Source: Octopus sinensis (taxonomy: Eukaryota). From it: a stretch of 64,000 bases of DNA. Under the pieces are notes generated by a model, which saw only the letters and a list, made by a program, of their open reading frames with translations, had not been told where the DNA came from and made no database searches. Within the stretch, counting starts at the first letter, position 1. Each line of letters starts with the position of its first letter. The stretch covers positions 84,134,001-84,198,000 of the forward strand of contig NC_043004.1 in NCBI RefSeq assembly GCF_006345805.1. The letters are read 5' to 3'. A program made the translations under genes and the position numbers. Positions 14,046 through 29,469 of the stretch are shown here, in pieces.

Positions 14046-15828
14046 GGTTTGATGTAAACTACCAACCCCAACCTCTCCAAGAAGTGTGTCCTTTTCCCTG
14101 CAGCAGAAAGGAGTAAAGTTTGAGGTAATTTTTCACGCATTTTGCCACACATTTTAATGAAACCCAAAATTGGTTCCTGGTATAGTCTATAGACAGCTAA
14201 TTTGAGGAGCAGAGGTTAAATGAATACTTTGATTCCGGTTTTACAATGGTTCATGATTTGTACCGGCTTCACTGAAGGTTTGACAGACAAAGTCGCTCCT
14301 CTCAGATTTGAACGCAAATTTCCGAAACAAAAAATGCGAGATATTATTTTCCACACCTTAACAGTCTTGTCGCTCCTACACCCCTTTCTATTGTAGCAGC
14401 ATAATATTCTAAACATGAAATTTATACTGAGGTATGCATATTGAAATGCATTTAATCATTCATCGTCATTGAATCATCGTACTTTCAGCTATGTACTTTC
14501 CTACAGCACTCGTGTATTTTTGTTAGGTACGATGTAAGATGTTGTGTAGCAAATAACATAAAAGTATTTAGGATTTTAAGTAGTATGTTCAATAATTTGA
14601 TTTCGAACAATTTTTTGCCTATGGACTCTTTAATTCTTAATTTTAACGTCACACCACATACAATAAGGTGTAAAATAGTTGATAATTTCGCACCATATCT
14701 CAGCTGATCAAAAACCTGTAAGCTATGCGTAATTGAAAGAACACAAACTTTTCAGATCTAAGGAATCTACCATACTGCTCAATTTCAGATCTAAAATTTT
14801 CAGCGGTTGTACACTCATGGAAAATTCCTATAGCCGAATTGCAAAGTATCACATTCCCCGAATTAAGCACCTGTACCACAGTCTCTAGGAGATTATCCTG
14901 TCAGCATTTTGAATTTACAGTCAAATGGGACACAACTCTAATTCTATCCTTTTTGTTTGTTACTATTTCCGTTTTTCGTTTTTTCAATTTTCACCTTTTA
15001 CATCTACCCCTTACTCACCTTTTTTCGTTTTATTTTTCTCTTATCCTATCATCCTATTTAAAATTTTTATGCCACGTGGTCAAATTCTGAAGATTGCGCT
15101 GACGCACTAGACGTGTCAATAAATGCCATCTGCACTGCATTCACCGCATGAAACTAATAGTAGCTCGGAAAAACATATTGCGTTTATAAAATACTATTTA
15201 TCTCTCACCAAATGGAGAACATTTTTCTTGAACTTGCCGTCACGGAATAGTACGCTATACGTGTTTAGGTATAGGTGTGTGTGTGTCTGTGTGCATGTGT
15301 GTGCGTGTGTGGTGTGTGCGGTTGTGCCTCTGCGGGCGTATGCGTGTGTATCAGGCAATGCTTTGAAAACACGACTGAATTCCCGAACTCTAGCATTACG
15401 TTTGTATCATTGCTTCATATTGCCCCATGAATACTTCATCAGCTATTCTTATTCTATATACTCAAATCGTCAGGTTAATTTAAAATTCAGCGTAGGTTAC
15501 ATGCTTGAAGTAATCTGTCAAAATATAATCATTCTATAAGTTATTCAGAAACACGCTATATGCTAAAGGATATTTCCAGCGTAAATCAATTCGGAGCATG
15601 TAGGAAGTTGTTGTTTTAACTTTCACTAATTATCTAAGCAAATAATAAGACGTATACCGATCAAGTTAATTAATACATGTTTAATTATCCGAGTAATGTG
15701 TATAGAATATATGGTATACGAGAATGGAGATAATGGAATATACATTTATATCACATTTTACATTGTTCCTCACATATGTTCATATTATTACCACAACGTA
15801 AGTTTCAATTAAAATGTATGCATATATA

Positions 15829-15874
<46 letters not shown>

Positions 15875-16090
15875 ATATATCATCTGCAAAATCTAATAGA
15901 GTAGATTCAAGCGCTAATATATGATTTATAAAAACATGTGACATATTAGTAAAAATCGGTAAAAGTACAATCATCCAGATTTCTGAGTACGTTATTTTTT
16001 TAAATATATAATACCAGTACATTACCTCCAAACATTCTAATATATATATATATTATATATATATATATCTATATATATATATATCTATAT

Positions 16091-16121
<31 letters not shown>

Positions 16122-18152
16122 GTACATATAACGCCTGTGCTTGCTGACTAATTTAATATTTTAGTCGTTCCTACACTAATATGTTGGAGACAACTTAGCG
16201 TGAAAGGTCCATCAGTATAAGTGTAGTAGTATATCTCTTATATTTTAAATGTCAAATACGTGATAGAACAAAACACAATTTTTAAGGATTTCCTATAATA
16301 AAGATTATTTTTTCTCCTTTAAATAAAAGCAAAAATTGTGTGCACGCTCGACCCAATTTTCTACATAGTTGCATCTTCTATTTGCTAAAATAAATAAAAT
16401 GATTGTTTTCTGTGTGAAGTATGCTAAACACTTGCGTATGCTCTATTAAAAACAAATTCAATTACATTTGAATGACAGGTATTCCTTTACTAATAAATAT
16501 ATAATTATCCCAGTAATGAGTATAGAATAACTGATACAATAGGAGGAAATAGAAGACGCATTTATATCTTCTGTTTTTACGTTCATAAAGTAGACAGGTA
16601 TATAATCTGGTTTAAAAAGAAAACCTTGCTATCATAAAAAATAAAGATACGAAAGCATTAATATAATCAACAAGCATCTATATTCCCTTGACAGTACGTA
16701 CAAATCCATTGACGTCAGATAGCTTATTTCATGAAAGGAATTCAATTGAGAAGGGAAATGAAGTAGTGAAAGAGAAAATCAAATATTTCTAGGGAGAAAA
16801 CAATAATGTAAATAGGGAATAACGATACCATATTGTGTGGTAATTTTTTTTTCAGTTTCAAATATAATGCATTATTGTGAGTATACAGGACATCGTGTCT
16901 CCATATAGAAATGCTAGTTGAATGAGACTAATTCAGATATCTAGGGTTTCTTTCAGTTTTGAACCAAGTTTGATTTTGTACTAATATACTTAGTGTAAAT
17001 TTTTAACTTCATAATTCTACAAAATTGTCACCGTGCTGATAATAGCTTCAAGTATCCTCACCACAAGTGACACAGCACATCTTTGTTATATTTCAGGACA
17101 CATGTTCGATTTTATGCTGAGGTAATTTGCGTAAATTTTAAACTTCATATCTCGACGTAGGTACTATCACTCAGAAAATAACTTCAACAGTTTAACTGAG
17201 TCTACATGTACTCATCTGCGTAGGAAACGAATACATCACTAGGGATTTATAGACAAAATGCAAAGTTTTCCTGAAATGTTTGGGATTCGACCGTCACTTC
17301 AATGTATTTTATCTCGATTCAGTTACTAATCAAATTGCTTATGCGCTTTCAAAATAAATTCATTTGGCAAATACTGTATTATATATTTTGTAATTTACTT
17401 TGATCTTTCACGAAAAGTAGTTTTTTGATACAGTCATTGATGAGATTGAATATATAAAAAGCAGAAGCGTTCTACTTTCCACGCAGAACGCAAATTATGT
17501 TAAGACGCACTTGATGAATTAAAAACTAAAATTTCAGTTAAAGCTTTTTTTTCTTCTTTTTTTGAAGCGTAATAGATGCTCCGAAAAGATAAATAAAAAA
17601 TCTCAACTTATTGAATATTACGACAACTAAACTGATTATGGTATTGCAGAAAAATAAAATTAACGTCCCAAAATGCAGTTGCGACAAATTTGGAATATCA
17701 AAAGAGGAAGAAAAAGAAAGACAGAGGGGAAGCGAAGGAAAGGTGGGTATGTTAGCCCTTACGTTTTGCAGTAGATTCGTTGTACAACACAATTATACCA
17801 CAATATCAATGAAGAGACACAGAAAAAGATAGATACAGTGGCAGAGGCAGAGAGAGAATTGGATTAACTCCTACATTCTAATATAGATTTTCCTAAGCTT
17901 GATTCTATCCACAGCTCAATAAGAAACGATACAAACGCGAATCAAACTCTATAAAAAAAAAGAGCTATTTAAATAAACGAAAAACATAATGACAAACACA
18001 TAATTCAGCCAGTATAATTACTATGTAATTCTACACAACACATTGTCACATATATAGCATGTCAAATAATAGAAATATCAAGATAATAAACAAAATGAAA
18101 GACTGGTAGATTTTGCATACAGACAACAACAACATAAAAATAATAATAATGA

Positions 18153-18155
18153 TAA

Positions 18156-18235
<80 letters not shown>

Positions 18236-18298
18236 ATAATAATAATAATAATAATAATAGTAATAATAATAATAATGATGATAACAGTAATAGTAATA
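18153..18298. repeat. (TAG)n(TAA)n microsatellite
   Basis: Directly visible; explains the poly-Val/Leu/Tyr ORFs. Confidence 0.95.
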
Positions 18299-20348
18299 GT
18301 ACAATTAAAGCTAAAAGATGTTGCTGAGGAACTAATTCAATAAATATTACATTACATTTGAAATAAATCACGTATCGCATAATAATGATTGCAGTTGAGG
18401 ACGTCACGCGACAGACATTTCCCACACGCTAGATTTCCATTCACGTGAATAAATTGCTGATATGCATCGTATCAGGATGTTTTGTTCGGTTCCTTACGCC
18501 TTAGAAATAGCAGTAAATATCTCTCGTAATCTATTCCGTGTAGCTGCAAAAGTGCGACAATGGAAAATCTGATCCTAAATAAAGTGTATGCGAGAGGAAT
18601 GGTTGCTGTTACCTCTGGTTATTTACTGGAGCGTTTCCTCTGGGATTAAGCCATAGAAACAAAATTAAATCAGTTAATATATAGGACTCACATAAGAGCA
18701 TTTTTCATTTCATGCCATGAACCAAGAAATTAAAATATGTGATTGCTTGACCAGCATTCTAGTTGCATACAAAATCCTTTCAAATGACTACCTTACGTTT
18801 CAATTTGTAAATATGTGAGAAAAATATTATGATTAAATTTAGAATGACATTCGTGTTCGACCAGCTCACATTGCATTTTTGTTTCTTATCTGGGCCGAAT
18901 ATCAAGGTTGTATATACTATCATGATGTCAATTAAAAATACACACCGACAGGAAATGTACCCACGAAAGCAAATACCTACTCAATTACATTCAGACTCAA
19001 ACACACACACTTACAAGCGCGTGTACGCATACACACAATCCCACATGCATAAGTACACATGCAATCAAATAGATACACACACACTCACACACACACACAC
19101 AAATATGCAATTGTATTATTAACGAGGAATATAACAAAAAACGTAAACGCTGAGTGGATGAATTTGCAATTTTAAAATAATTTGGACACAATTTAAAGGT
19201 ATCGCTCTATCTCAATTAAAATAGAGTATTATTACATGAATCTATTATGGTTACTTTTTATTCTGATGAATTTCAAACTTGACGGAGATTCACTTGGCTG
19301 AATGGTACTTTTGTGGGTTGTAGAACAATTAGCAATCAAATAGTATATATTAAAAAATCGCAATAGAGTATGTTCGAGCGGACAGCCATGCTGAAGTGGC
19401 TGCGAATATTACTTGTCATTACAACTACTGCGTTAATATCTTACAGAGAGATTTTAGAACTGGCCTTTTTGCTTTTTGCAAAATAAGCATTTGCTTTTTC
19501 GCTTGAAATATATATATTGCGAGCAGAGTCGAGCTACTATCCTCTATAGCAGACGAGAGTAGCAGAAATAGCCCGAAATCAAGGCTGGTCTACTGGTCCT
19601 GTCACTAGAAAATGGTAGGGGTTCGCTCCCCTGCACACAATTTATCGAATGCAGCTCTGCATCGTTAACCAGCTAGAGATGTCCTTTTGGGTTTAAAAAA
19701 TTCGGAGTAGAGACCGTTCGATCGGACAGCCATGTTGAAGTGACTTCGAATATTACTGGTCAATATATTATTTTTTGTTCATTTATCCATTCATGCATTA
19801 ATCGCAAAATTAAAAAAAGCTCATTTTTTGTCGCACATTCAAAAACGAACCATTGAATTTATTCCAGAGTATTAAAATACAGAAAGAAAACTTCAGATTC
19901 TTCTGCTTTTATAATAATAATAATTCGGATTATGAACTTAAAGTATGCATTAGCCGAGTAATCGCAAACATTCATTTTTCAACCTGCTATCACCAAATTA
20001 GAAACTTTTCTTCACTAGGAATACACACCTCACTATGTTCATAATATAATCCTTATTAGTAAACGTTCTACATCAACATGTAGGATATACTGCACAGCAA
20101 AGCAATACATGTCCCCCTGATGTAGTTGATAACCATTCTTTCAAGAAGGTTATGTCGCCAAACTCAATTAATACTTTCATCAGAAGTTTCTATGTATTCA
20201 CAGGCTTAAATAAGTTGAAGCACAAATAGAAAAGTGTAAAAATAAAATGATATACGAAGACACACCTGAAAAAAAATATATTGTCACAATTATAAATGCA
20301 CAAATACACAGCTACAATAACACACACACGCACGCACACACACACATG

Positions 20349-20425
<77 letters not shown>

Positions 20426-20875
20426 GAACGTATGTGTACATGCATGTTGGTAAACGAAGTTGCTTGCGTTACATCAGACGTGTCCTTCTCCGCCAGAGAG
20501 ACATCTCAACAAAACTAAACACAGAATGATTTAGGTACATTTTCAACTTTGAAACAAGTTCGGATTTTTCCTAACATACTTTGTTTAAACATTAAATTTC
20601 ATTATTCTACAAAAGCATTCTCATGCAGAAAATAGCTTCAACTGTGCTGAGCTCTAGCGACAGCAAATATTGTTGTCGTATTTCATATGTTAGATTCTAA
20701 ACTCAGATACTTAACACTTTCCCGTATTTTAATTTTAAAAGCATTATTGTGAGATATGAGTGAATTTTGACTGATATATGTAGTGTTGTGTGAGTAAATA
20801 TCTCATCAATGCTTAATTATGGAAATCCCCTTTTTACTCTGCACTAGATATTGGTGTTTAAATTTGAACCAATAT

Positions 20876-20926
<51 letters not shown>

Positions 20927-21762
20927 TTAGCGCTGTAGTTCTCTCCGATGATTAAAGTGGCGTACTTTAAACGCTGTGAAACATTGTATATGTATCTGTT
21001 TGTGCCTCTGTGTTTCTTTGTGTGTGCATGTATATCTGTATGTATGTACGTATACATCTGTATGTATATATACATCTGTGTATGAGTGTGTGAGGGGGGT
21101 TTCGAGGCTATGTGAATGCTGTGAGTGTTGTAGAATAAGTGAACTTGAGCATAGCCGTTATCTAAAATTAACTAAATACAATGAGATATAATGGTACTGA
21201 TTATACATATTGCAGAATGGTATTCCTATTAGTTCACTAGGCAGGCAGAATTCTGGTATGTTTCAAAGAATTTTCTTCTAGCAGTTACTTCCACCGAAAA
21301 TATTGCCGTTGAAACTTGCTTCTTTCAATAATTATGGTACCATGACTTACTTATTAACCTGCTGCTGACTGACACCTTTTCAGATTTACTGGGCTTGTGC
21401 TTAAAACACTAACAATTAAATGTGGTTTCAAACTATCTTCCTATACACATATATTGCTTTGTATTATTGTTATACATTTTAATTTTTTTTAATCGTTATT
21501 GTTCTCCGTTCCAACAAAATTATTCAGTAAAATTTCCATTTAGATTCAACTAAATTGCAAGAGAAAGAAAGCTGCGTAAAATAACAATAATTGTGTACTT
21601 TTATATTTGATGTGTACATCAATCCAGAAAAAAATTATTTGATACAGATAAATTAGATTAAGACCATATAATACAAAACGATTGATTTATTTATTCAAAT
21701 GAATACTTCTATCTGGTGGTGCAGATCACATATACACACATTTACATGTATGTGTATGTGTT

Positions 21763-21873
<111 letters not shown>

Positions 21874-21922
21874 CATGAACAAATACATAAACATACAGAT
21901 ATATACATACAAATACATATAG

Positions 21923-21971
<49 letters not shown>

Positions 21972-22799
21972 GAAATACTAAGCATATTTCTCGGATTTGA
22001 TATTATTATTTATATTATTGATTCTGTTTTGATATTTCAAAAAGAAAAACAAAAGTATTTTTCTATCTGTTGGAATAGTGGCCCAGTAAAGAAAGATAAA
22101 GGCTTGAATCTGATACAGCGATCTAATATATTGCAGCTATTTACATTTTCATTTGCTATCACCATGCATTATTCATTGTATATTTAATATTTGTGTGTTT
22201 ATGCATATATTTATAGTAGAATATTTTCTTACTGCAATCGTTTATTGTACGATATTAAATATTGACAGTAGACAGAAAATAACCTCCTGTAACACGAGAA
22301 GCGGAGGCATTTTATTGTTTCTTATAATTAAGCGAATAATTATACAGAACAACAGATTAAATGCGATACGCTTCCTGTTAGTTGTATGTGTACGCATGAA
22401 TCTTCAATAGAGGTTTTTCAAAATTTTGCATATTTTACTGATGCTTCTCTTTTTCGATCATGTTTGTTTCAGTTTCTATCACATTTTTGGCATAAAAACC
22501 TATACAAATAAATACATCCATACATGCATAAATAACACATACGCATGAACACTGACATCATACACAAACATAAACACATACGCACACAGTGGAGCACACA
22601 AACAAGAGTGTGCTATATGTGCGTATGTGTGTGATAGGAAGACGTGCAGAGGAGAACAATTTGGGAGTGCTTATATGGACCAAGTATCCCACCATCAATT
22701 TCCAAGTAACCTCTACCTATAGGCGATACAGGGAAATTAGGATGCCTCTGTGTGTGATTCTGTGCCCATTCTGTTGAATGTCTTCATGTTATTACGATA

Positions 22800-24012
22800 A
22801 CCGGGCTTTTTCGGAGGCGTATCTGGATGTCTTTATTTTTAATAGCAGAGTCACTATATATGTAGGAGAAATAAGTCGGTGTGACCTTTAGTTGAGCTTT
22901 ACACATTGTCAGAATTTATTGAAGCTCTGACATACCGTCTATGATACGCTATACGCCAAAATTATTGGTAGCTTCCAAGAGGTAATCATCGATTACATTA
23001 AAACCTAGTGTCCGAATCGGTTAAAAGGATTTTTTTCTATGAATTTTGTGTATGCATTCTCCAGGGCAACAAAATTCCTTTCGTTGAAGATTTGTAAAGG
23101 AAAGAGCGCATAGGACTGGCATAAATGGGAATGTCTCCAGTGAATTTAATTCTACAGGCGTTAATTTGTCCGAGTGAGAAAAAAATGACATTTTCCAGAG
23201 AAACTAAAATTGTTTCTTCTGTCCATCTATTACATTTTAGATGTTATATGTGAGAACAATATTATAATGAACTTGGTATGACAAGCTATTGCCTTTATTG
23301 CAATGGAGCGTAATTGACCGTGATCCAAAATGAGTAGGAAATTAAAGAGATTAGTGAGATTTGCAGCGTGTTTGTTTTTGACCCTATATTCTGATTTTTT
23401 GAAACACCGGTGGTTTTGCTACTTTGAAGCTATAGGTGGTCTTTCTGTGTAGGTTCAAGCTATTCTCTTTACTGGAATAATGAGTAATGATTGATGATTC
23501 AAAATACCAGGCTTTAGCCTCACTATATGTAAGAAATTACATTGTAAATGTTACATTTAAGTACAATAGAAAGAAATTGGCTTGTTGAAGCTGACAAATT
23601 CGAGGATAAAGAAAATATCTAAAATCCGGGAAGGTTGTTTTGACAAATCATGAATAAAGAGGCGCAGTTCAGAAGGCGAGAAAATTTTGGTTTCGGTAGA
23701 TGCATGAAGATGTATTTATATTTTCCAGGCCAGCCAGATGGTGATTTTACAAGATCTCCACTGTTGTATTCCAGTGTTGTTTAAGGATAACAGTCTTCGA
23801 TATTTTTGACCGTTTTGTGTATTCGATCCCCTATATGGGAACCAAGGTTGATGCACTGGGCGAATTTGCCATACTGAGTATTATCTCGTTTGAGGAATGT
23901 GTAGATTATGTCAAAAGAATGCTTCATGTTTCACTAGCTCCTTCTATATGTAATCGTTCATATAGAGAATTATCTAAATACATAGTCTAGTCTAGCGCCA
24001 AATGATATTTAT
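22800..24012 (-). mobile_element. Decayed Penelope-like element N-terminal fragment
   Basis: The minus strand contains the remnant SHSDKLTPVELNSLETFPFMP (~23080-23150), which resembles the PLE pre-RT motif NLS..LT..E..LL.KGL.F.P. Region 23690-24012 is clearly homologous to 28712-29015. Many stops. Confidence 0.4.
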
Positions 24013-25552
24013 TACATTGCTGTCGTCTTCTACATTACCATAATTAAGAGTTATTAAATACCGTATGAAACATATAGTTTGCGGCGAAAGCCACACTACT
24101 TTATATATATTTTTAACCAATTTTGTTTTATCTCCTCAAATCTATATTAATAAGGAAGCACCATTTATGCCGATATCTCAGTATTCCGATTCTCCGCTCT
24201 GCTATAGATTTATCTTTACTTCATTGTATTTATTCAGAAGCTGATAGACAAATGACTTAACTTGAAATGTCATTTAGTTGGCACATAAAAGAGGGTGAGG
24301 AATTCTGAGATAAAGCCCTCCTTATCATGACTAATAATTATCTTTAAGGCAACAACACATGCTTCAAAACGTCAATGCAGTGTATAAATTTCATTACTGT
24401 TGTGTTATATATTTTCAGGCTAATTCTTCGGGAGATAATGAGAAAATAAGAAAACGTGTGTAAGCGGGCACGTGAGGTTGTAAGTGTGTTCTGTTTCAGA
24501 AATATAGGTCGTTGCAAATATATAAAATGTTAATGAGATAGGAATTCAATTCCGGTTGGGCGCAAATTTTGTTTTATAGTAAAATTGACATATGGCTGGA
24601 CGTAATATGTATTTATCGGTCCTAATCTATGAAAGGTAAAACACTGATTTGCTTTGCACTTAAGCAGTTAAAACTTAAATAAATGTGCAATATATTTTGT
24701 CCGTGCCACCGACCGAAAGATGTTAATAATCCACCCCCAAAGTTATTGCAATATTTCCGAAATTACTAACTTACGAATATGTATCTGATAAGGAGACAAG
24801 ATAGTTAGTCTGGTGTTTGTCTTTATCGTAACGATTTCAACAACAACTGATAGATATTACATATACGATCAGCTATTGTTAGATATTTTGATGAAATCTT
24901 TTCGAAGGAGTGAGTTGCTAAAGATATCTACAACGGTTTAAAAATAATTGTTCTTGATACTTAGCATATCTAATATAACCAAACAAGGAGGTTCAATACT
25001 TTCATACGTTATCGATATACACAATTAGATGAAAGTACTGGCGAACATTTTTTTATTCAGGGAATCAATATTCGTATAAAAGATATCAATGATATACATG
25101 GAATTGAAAATTTGCTCAATGACTACACTGATTGACATACGAATAATTTGTAAAAATTTCAGCAAATAATCAAACAAATGGCGGTGCCCCAGCATGGCCA
25201 CAGCTTGTGAGCTGAAACTAAATAAAATAAAATAAATAAATAAAAAAAGCATTAAATATACTTTCGCGTCTTGATTCGTTTTGTTGCTGCTTAATATATT
25301 TGTAAATCTCAGGCATAAATTATTTTCTTTGAAGTTTTCTTTTCTAGTAAATGTAAGTTACAGACCAGTTTTGAATATTACTTCTCAGTAGAGTTATCAT
25401 AGTAAGAATAGACGTCAGCATTAATTTTAGATGCATCATGAGACTACCTCAACTGCTTTGAAATCCTGAATTTGTTGGTGTCATTTTTACCATTCTACAT
25501 TATTTAAATACATATTTTCGGGAAACTTCTATCTCTTGCAGCTCATATTGAA

Positions 25553-27709
25553 CACTAAGCATTATATAATGCTCGGCCTGGTCTACAAGGTTTTGGCGTT
25601 TAAGAAATAGACATCATTCCTATACAAAATCCGTCTCCTGTATCAAAGTATGGCCTTCTTTTTGACATATCAGATCTAGTTTTTGTTATTGAACATCCCT
25701 ATTGTAAGTATGTATGTGTGTACGTCTAGTACACAGTGTTCACTAACTTATTCTAATTTTTTGGGGTTTCTTTTCCTTTTCAAAATTTGTAGATGTTGCG
25801 GTGAAAGTAACCAATAGAAAATGAGCAAGATGACCTCTTTTTCAAGAAAGTGTTGCGTTAAGTATCCAAATGTGTATTGTTATGTTTGTGGAGGATAAAT
25901 ATTACCTGAAAATCGAGAAAAATCATCACTGATTTTGTTGAGAGAGCGTATATAGCACATTTTGGGGTCAAACTGGGAGATCAAGATAAATATTGGGCAC
26001 CACTTACTATCTGTAAAAAATGTACAGAACATTTGCGACAATGGATTAAAGGGTTAAGAAAAATATTGTGGTTTGCAGGAGGCCTATAATCACATGAACG
26101 ACTCCTGTCTTTGTAACATAAATTTGTAGGGTATGGACCGGAAAAATCGACAGACATTTGCCTATCCTAATATTGCCTTTGCTATTGGACTGGTTCCACA
26201 CATTAAACAACTTCCTGTTCTTCTTTTCAATGTTTTGCCTCAGATAACTTTACCCTCAAACAAAGAAGATTCATCACCTGAAGATGAACTAGAGATCAAG
26301 ATTTTCAGTTGGGACTTTACCTCAGCTGTTCTCCCAGGTACAGCTGAAGGGTCTAGTTCGTGACTTGAACCTCCCCAAAAATTCTGGAAAACTGTTGGCT
26401 TCCCGACTGAAAGAGAAGAATCTTCTACAGAATGGTGTTCGTATAACCTTTGTATCGGACTCGGCATGGAGAGTTCGTTTCTTTCTTCACTTAAAAGGAA
26501 GAGCTAATTTACTGCAGAGATGTCAATAGGCTTCTTAATAAACTTGGCATTGAGGAATAGAAGCCAGAGGAATGACATCTTTTCATAGAGAGCTCTTGGA
26601 GTAGTTTAAAATATGTATCGTTACACAACGGAAATGTGTATGGCTCTGTCCCACTCGGGCACTCAAGAACTCTAAACGGAAAATATGAAGAAATTAAGTT
26701 GGTTTTAGAGACGGTCCTGTATCATGATTATAAATGGGTCGTCTGTGTTGAATTTAAAATGGTCCAATTTCTCATACGACAGCACTCTGATTACACCAAA
26801 TACCCATTCTTTCTTTGCATATGGGACAGTAGGGACCGTGTAAATCACGATATTAAGATAGACTAACCTCGAAAAAATATGGTTCCATGTAGAGCTCCCA
26901 ATATAGTTGTTGAGCGAAATAACATAATTTTCCCCACTTTGCACATCAAAAGCGGGTTGATAAAGTAATTCGTCAAAGCTCTTGACAAAAATAGAGAGTG
27001 CTTCAATTATATCTCTAGAGTATATCCAGAATTGACGATCGCAAAACCTAAAGCTTTTGAAGGACACATATTGATGTGCGAAAATGAAACATCTGCTTCG
27101 CTATCCTTTGCAGAAGTAGAGCAAAATGTTCTTGGGAAACGCAAAAGTAAAAACTATAAAGATCTTCTTACGAACTTGATATCAACTTTTCGTGGTCTTG
27201 GCGAAAATATGAGCATCAAAATGCATTATCTTTTCAGTGATCTTGGTTGTTTTCCTGAAAATATCAGAGATGTTAGCGATGAACACGGCGAACGATTCCA
27301 TCAGGACATCAAGAAAATAGAAACTCGTTACCAAGGTTGTTGGAGCGCTGTGATGGTGGCAGACTATTACTGGTGTTTGAAACAAGATACTCCTGTCGCT
27401 CAATATTCACAGTGAACAAAGAAGCGTAAATTTATTCCTTGAAATTTCTGTCAAAAATCTTTGCCAAAGTGCGTTTTCAACTTTGAATTTTTATTTGTAC
27501 TTTGTCATGTTTCGTGTTACATACTCTTTATTGATTCGTATTATATGCTTCTAGTATGAATAAAATACTTGCTCCATAAGTTCTGGTCATAAAACTAGAC
27601 CTGATAGAGAAAAACCTGATGTTATTCTTGAATTTAGCAGACAATATCTCTTAAGAATTCGTTGAAATATTCCAGGCACCAGACGAAATTAAAATGCTGT
27701 TGCCCAGTG
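25553..27709 (+). mobile_element. Chapaev3-like (CMC superfamily) DNA transposon, decayed
   Basis: Transposase remnants. Right terminus ...TGTTGCCCAGTG (27698-27709); candidate left terminus CACTAAGCA at 25553; both are flanked by GAA (25550-25552, 27710-27712), a candidate 3-bp TSD. Subterminal ATCAGATCTAGTTTT (25669-) mirrors AAAACTAGACCTGAT (27591-). Confidence 0.7.
25821..27442 (+). pseudogene. Chapaev3-like transposase pseudogene (multiple stops/frameshifts)
   Basis: N-terminal Cys motif C.KYPNVYCYVCG...FVERAYIAHFGVKLGDQDKYWAP..ICKKC. Core motifs WVVCVEFKMV...YTKYPFFLCIWDSRDR, LHIKSGLIK*FVKAL and MSIKMHYL..L..FPENI.DVSDEHGERFHQDI...ETRYQG.W...ADYYW; ends KRKFIP*. Family assignment is from recalled motifs. 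Confidence 0.75.
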
Positions 27710-28711
27710 GAATTCACTAAGGTGAAGATTTAATATCTAAAATGATTGATTCTACATTCTTTTCCGCCAAGTGGATATGTACTAGGTCAGGAAGATAACT
27801 AGTGCTAATAAAATAAGAGGTATTTATGTTAACATTCTTATCTAGCTTGTCTGAATAATGTTTGGGAAGGAGTTGTCGCCTATTACCAATGGGGCTATTG
27901 TGTTTCTATCATAAAATGTTTGATAGCTTTCATTTCGAAATACTTATAACACGTTCCACCCTACATCCTAAACAAACAAATCTTTTTTACATTTCACGAT
28001 CAATAGATAAAACTATTTATATTTTCATTGTTAAGAAATATGCCTATCAAATTCAAGACCTAGAGTCGTCGTAATTTTTCCTACTGACACAAATATACTT
28101 CCTTACAGACCTTAGAAAACTTCCTTCATAAAGATCAAACGTATGATAACATCAGAATGCTGATTTCATTTTTCAATTAAAATCATTTATATGTAGTCAG
28201 TTTTAGGAAGATGTCAAAAATTTATTGAAGTCTATCACGCAGAGATAGAAATCTAACGTCAACTTGTTTTTCAGAGAGCCTCAGTTAATCTCTTCAACAG
28301 TGAAAGGATTATGGCAGATAATTAGCGTTAAACTATATGATAAAAAAGTTGACCTACCTCAAGTGGTTTTTGAGAAATAACATTTCGTAAACACTAAATT
28401 CACCGTTTTACGAAATTCAGTCTGTTTAGAAGGAGAAAGACAGCGAGGGAGAAAGAGAGAAAGAGAGATATATAAATATTTACACACACACACACACATA
28501 CACACACACGCACGCACACACATCTATATAAACATTTATATCGGACGAGAAGTTATATTTATATGAATATATTTGTGCTGGACTCACTGTCTTTTCGCTG
28601 CAAAAAGGTGAATTTCAGAAATCTACAGCATTAGACAGAGCGGTATAGTATATATCATTTTGTTGGAGTCATTTTTATCCTTCTACATTAGAAAGATACA
28701 CATTTTCTGTT

Positions 28712-29015
28712 TCGGAGATGCATGATGGTGTATTTATTTTTTTCGAGGCAAGCGAGATGGGGATTTTACAAGCTTTTCAGTGTTGTTTAGGGATAAGTGT
28801 CTGTGAAGTTTTTGACCGTTTTGTGTATCCGATCCGATATATGCGAACCAAGGTTGATGCGCTCGGGGAATTTGACATACTGAGTATTTTTCGTTTGAGG
28901 AATGTGTAGATTATGTGAAAATAATTCTTTGTGTTTCACTAGCTCCTTCTATATGTAATCGATCATATAGAGAATTATTTAAATGCATAGTCTAGTCCGG
29001 CGCCATATGATATTT
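28712..29015 (-). mobile_element. Second copy of the decayed PLE-like fragment at 23690-24012
   Basis: Shared blocks such as TTTTTGACCGTTTTGTGTAT, GAACCAAGGTTGATGC, CGTTTGAGGAATGTGTAGATTATGT and TTTCACTAGCTCCTTCTATATGTAATCG. Confidence 0.6.
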
Positions 29016-29079
29016 ATTACATTTATTACAATTTCTCTCATAAATGCTACACAAATACATACATACATACATACATACA

Positions 29080-29232
<153 letters not shown>

Positions 29233-29469
29233 GTGAGATAGGGGTTCTGAATGTAACCCTCTATGGGATAACATATATCCAATATACTGCCAGTAATGCA
29301 CCCAGTAATGCTAATACATAAATGCTAAGAATTGCAATGCAATTAATTCATTTATCGTATTATATGGGCGAAGGTAAAATGTTTTACCTCAAATTCATAA
29401 TACAAAATAGGAAAATGGAGGAATACTCTTTAATCAATCATCAACTACCAGATAATACCCATTCACATA

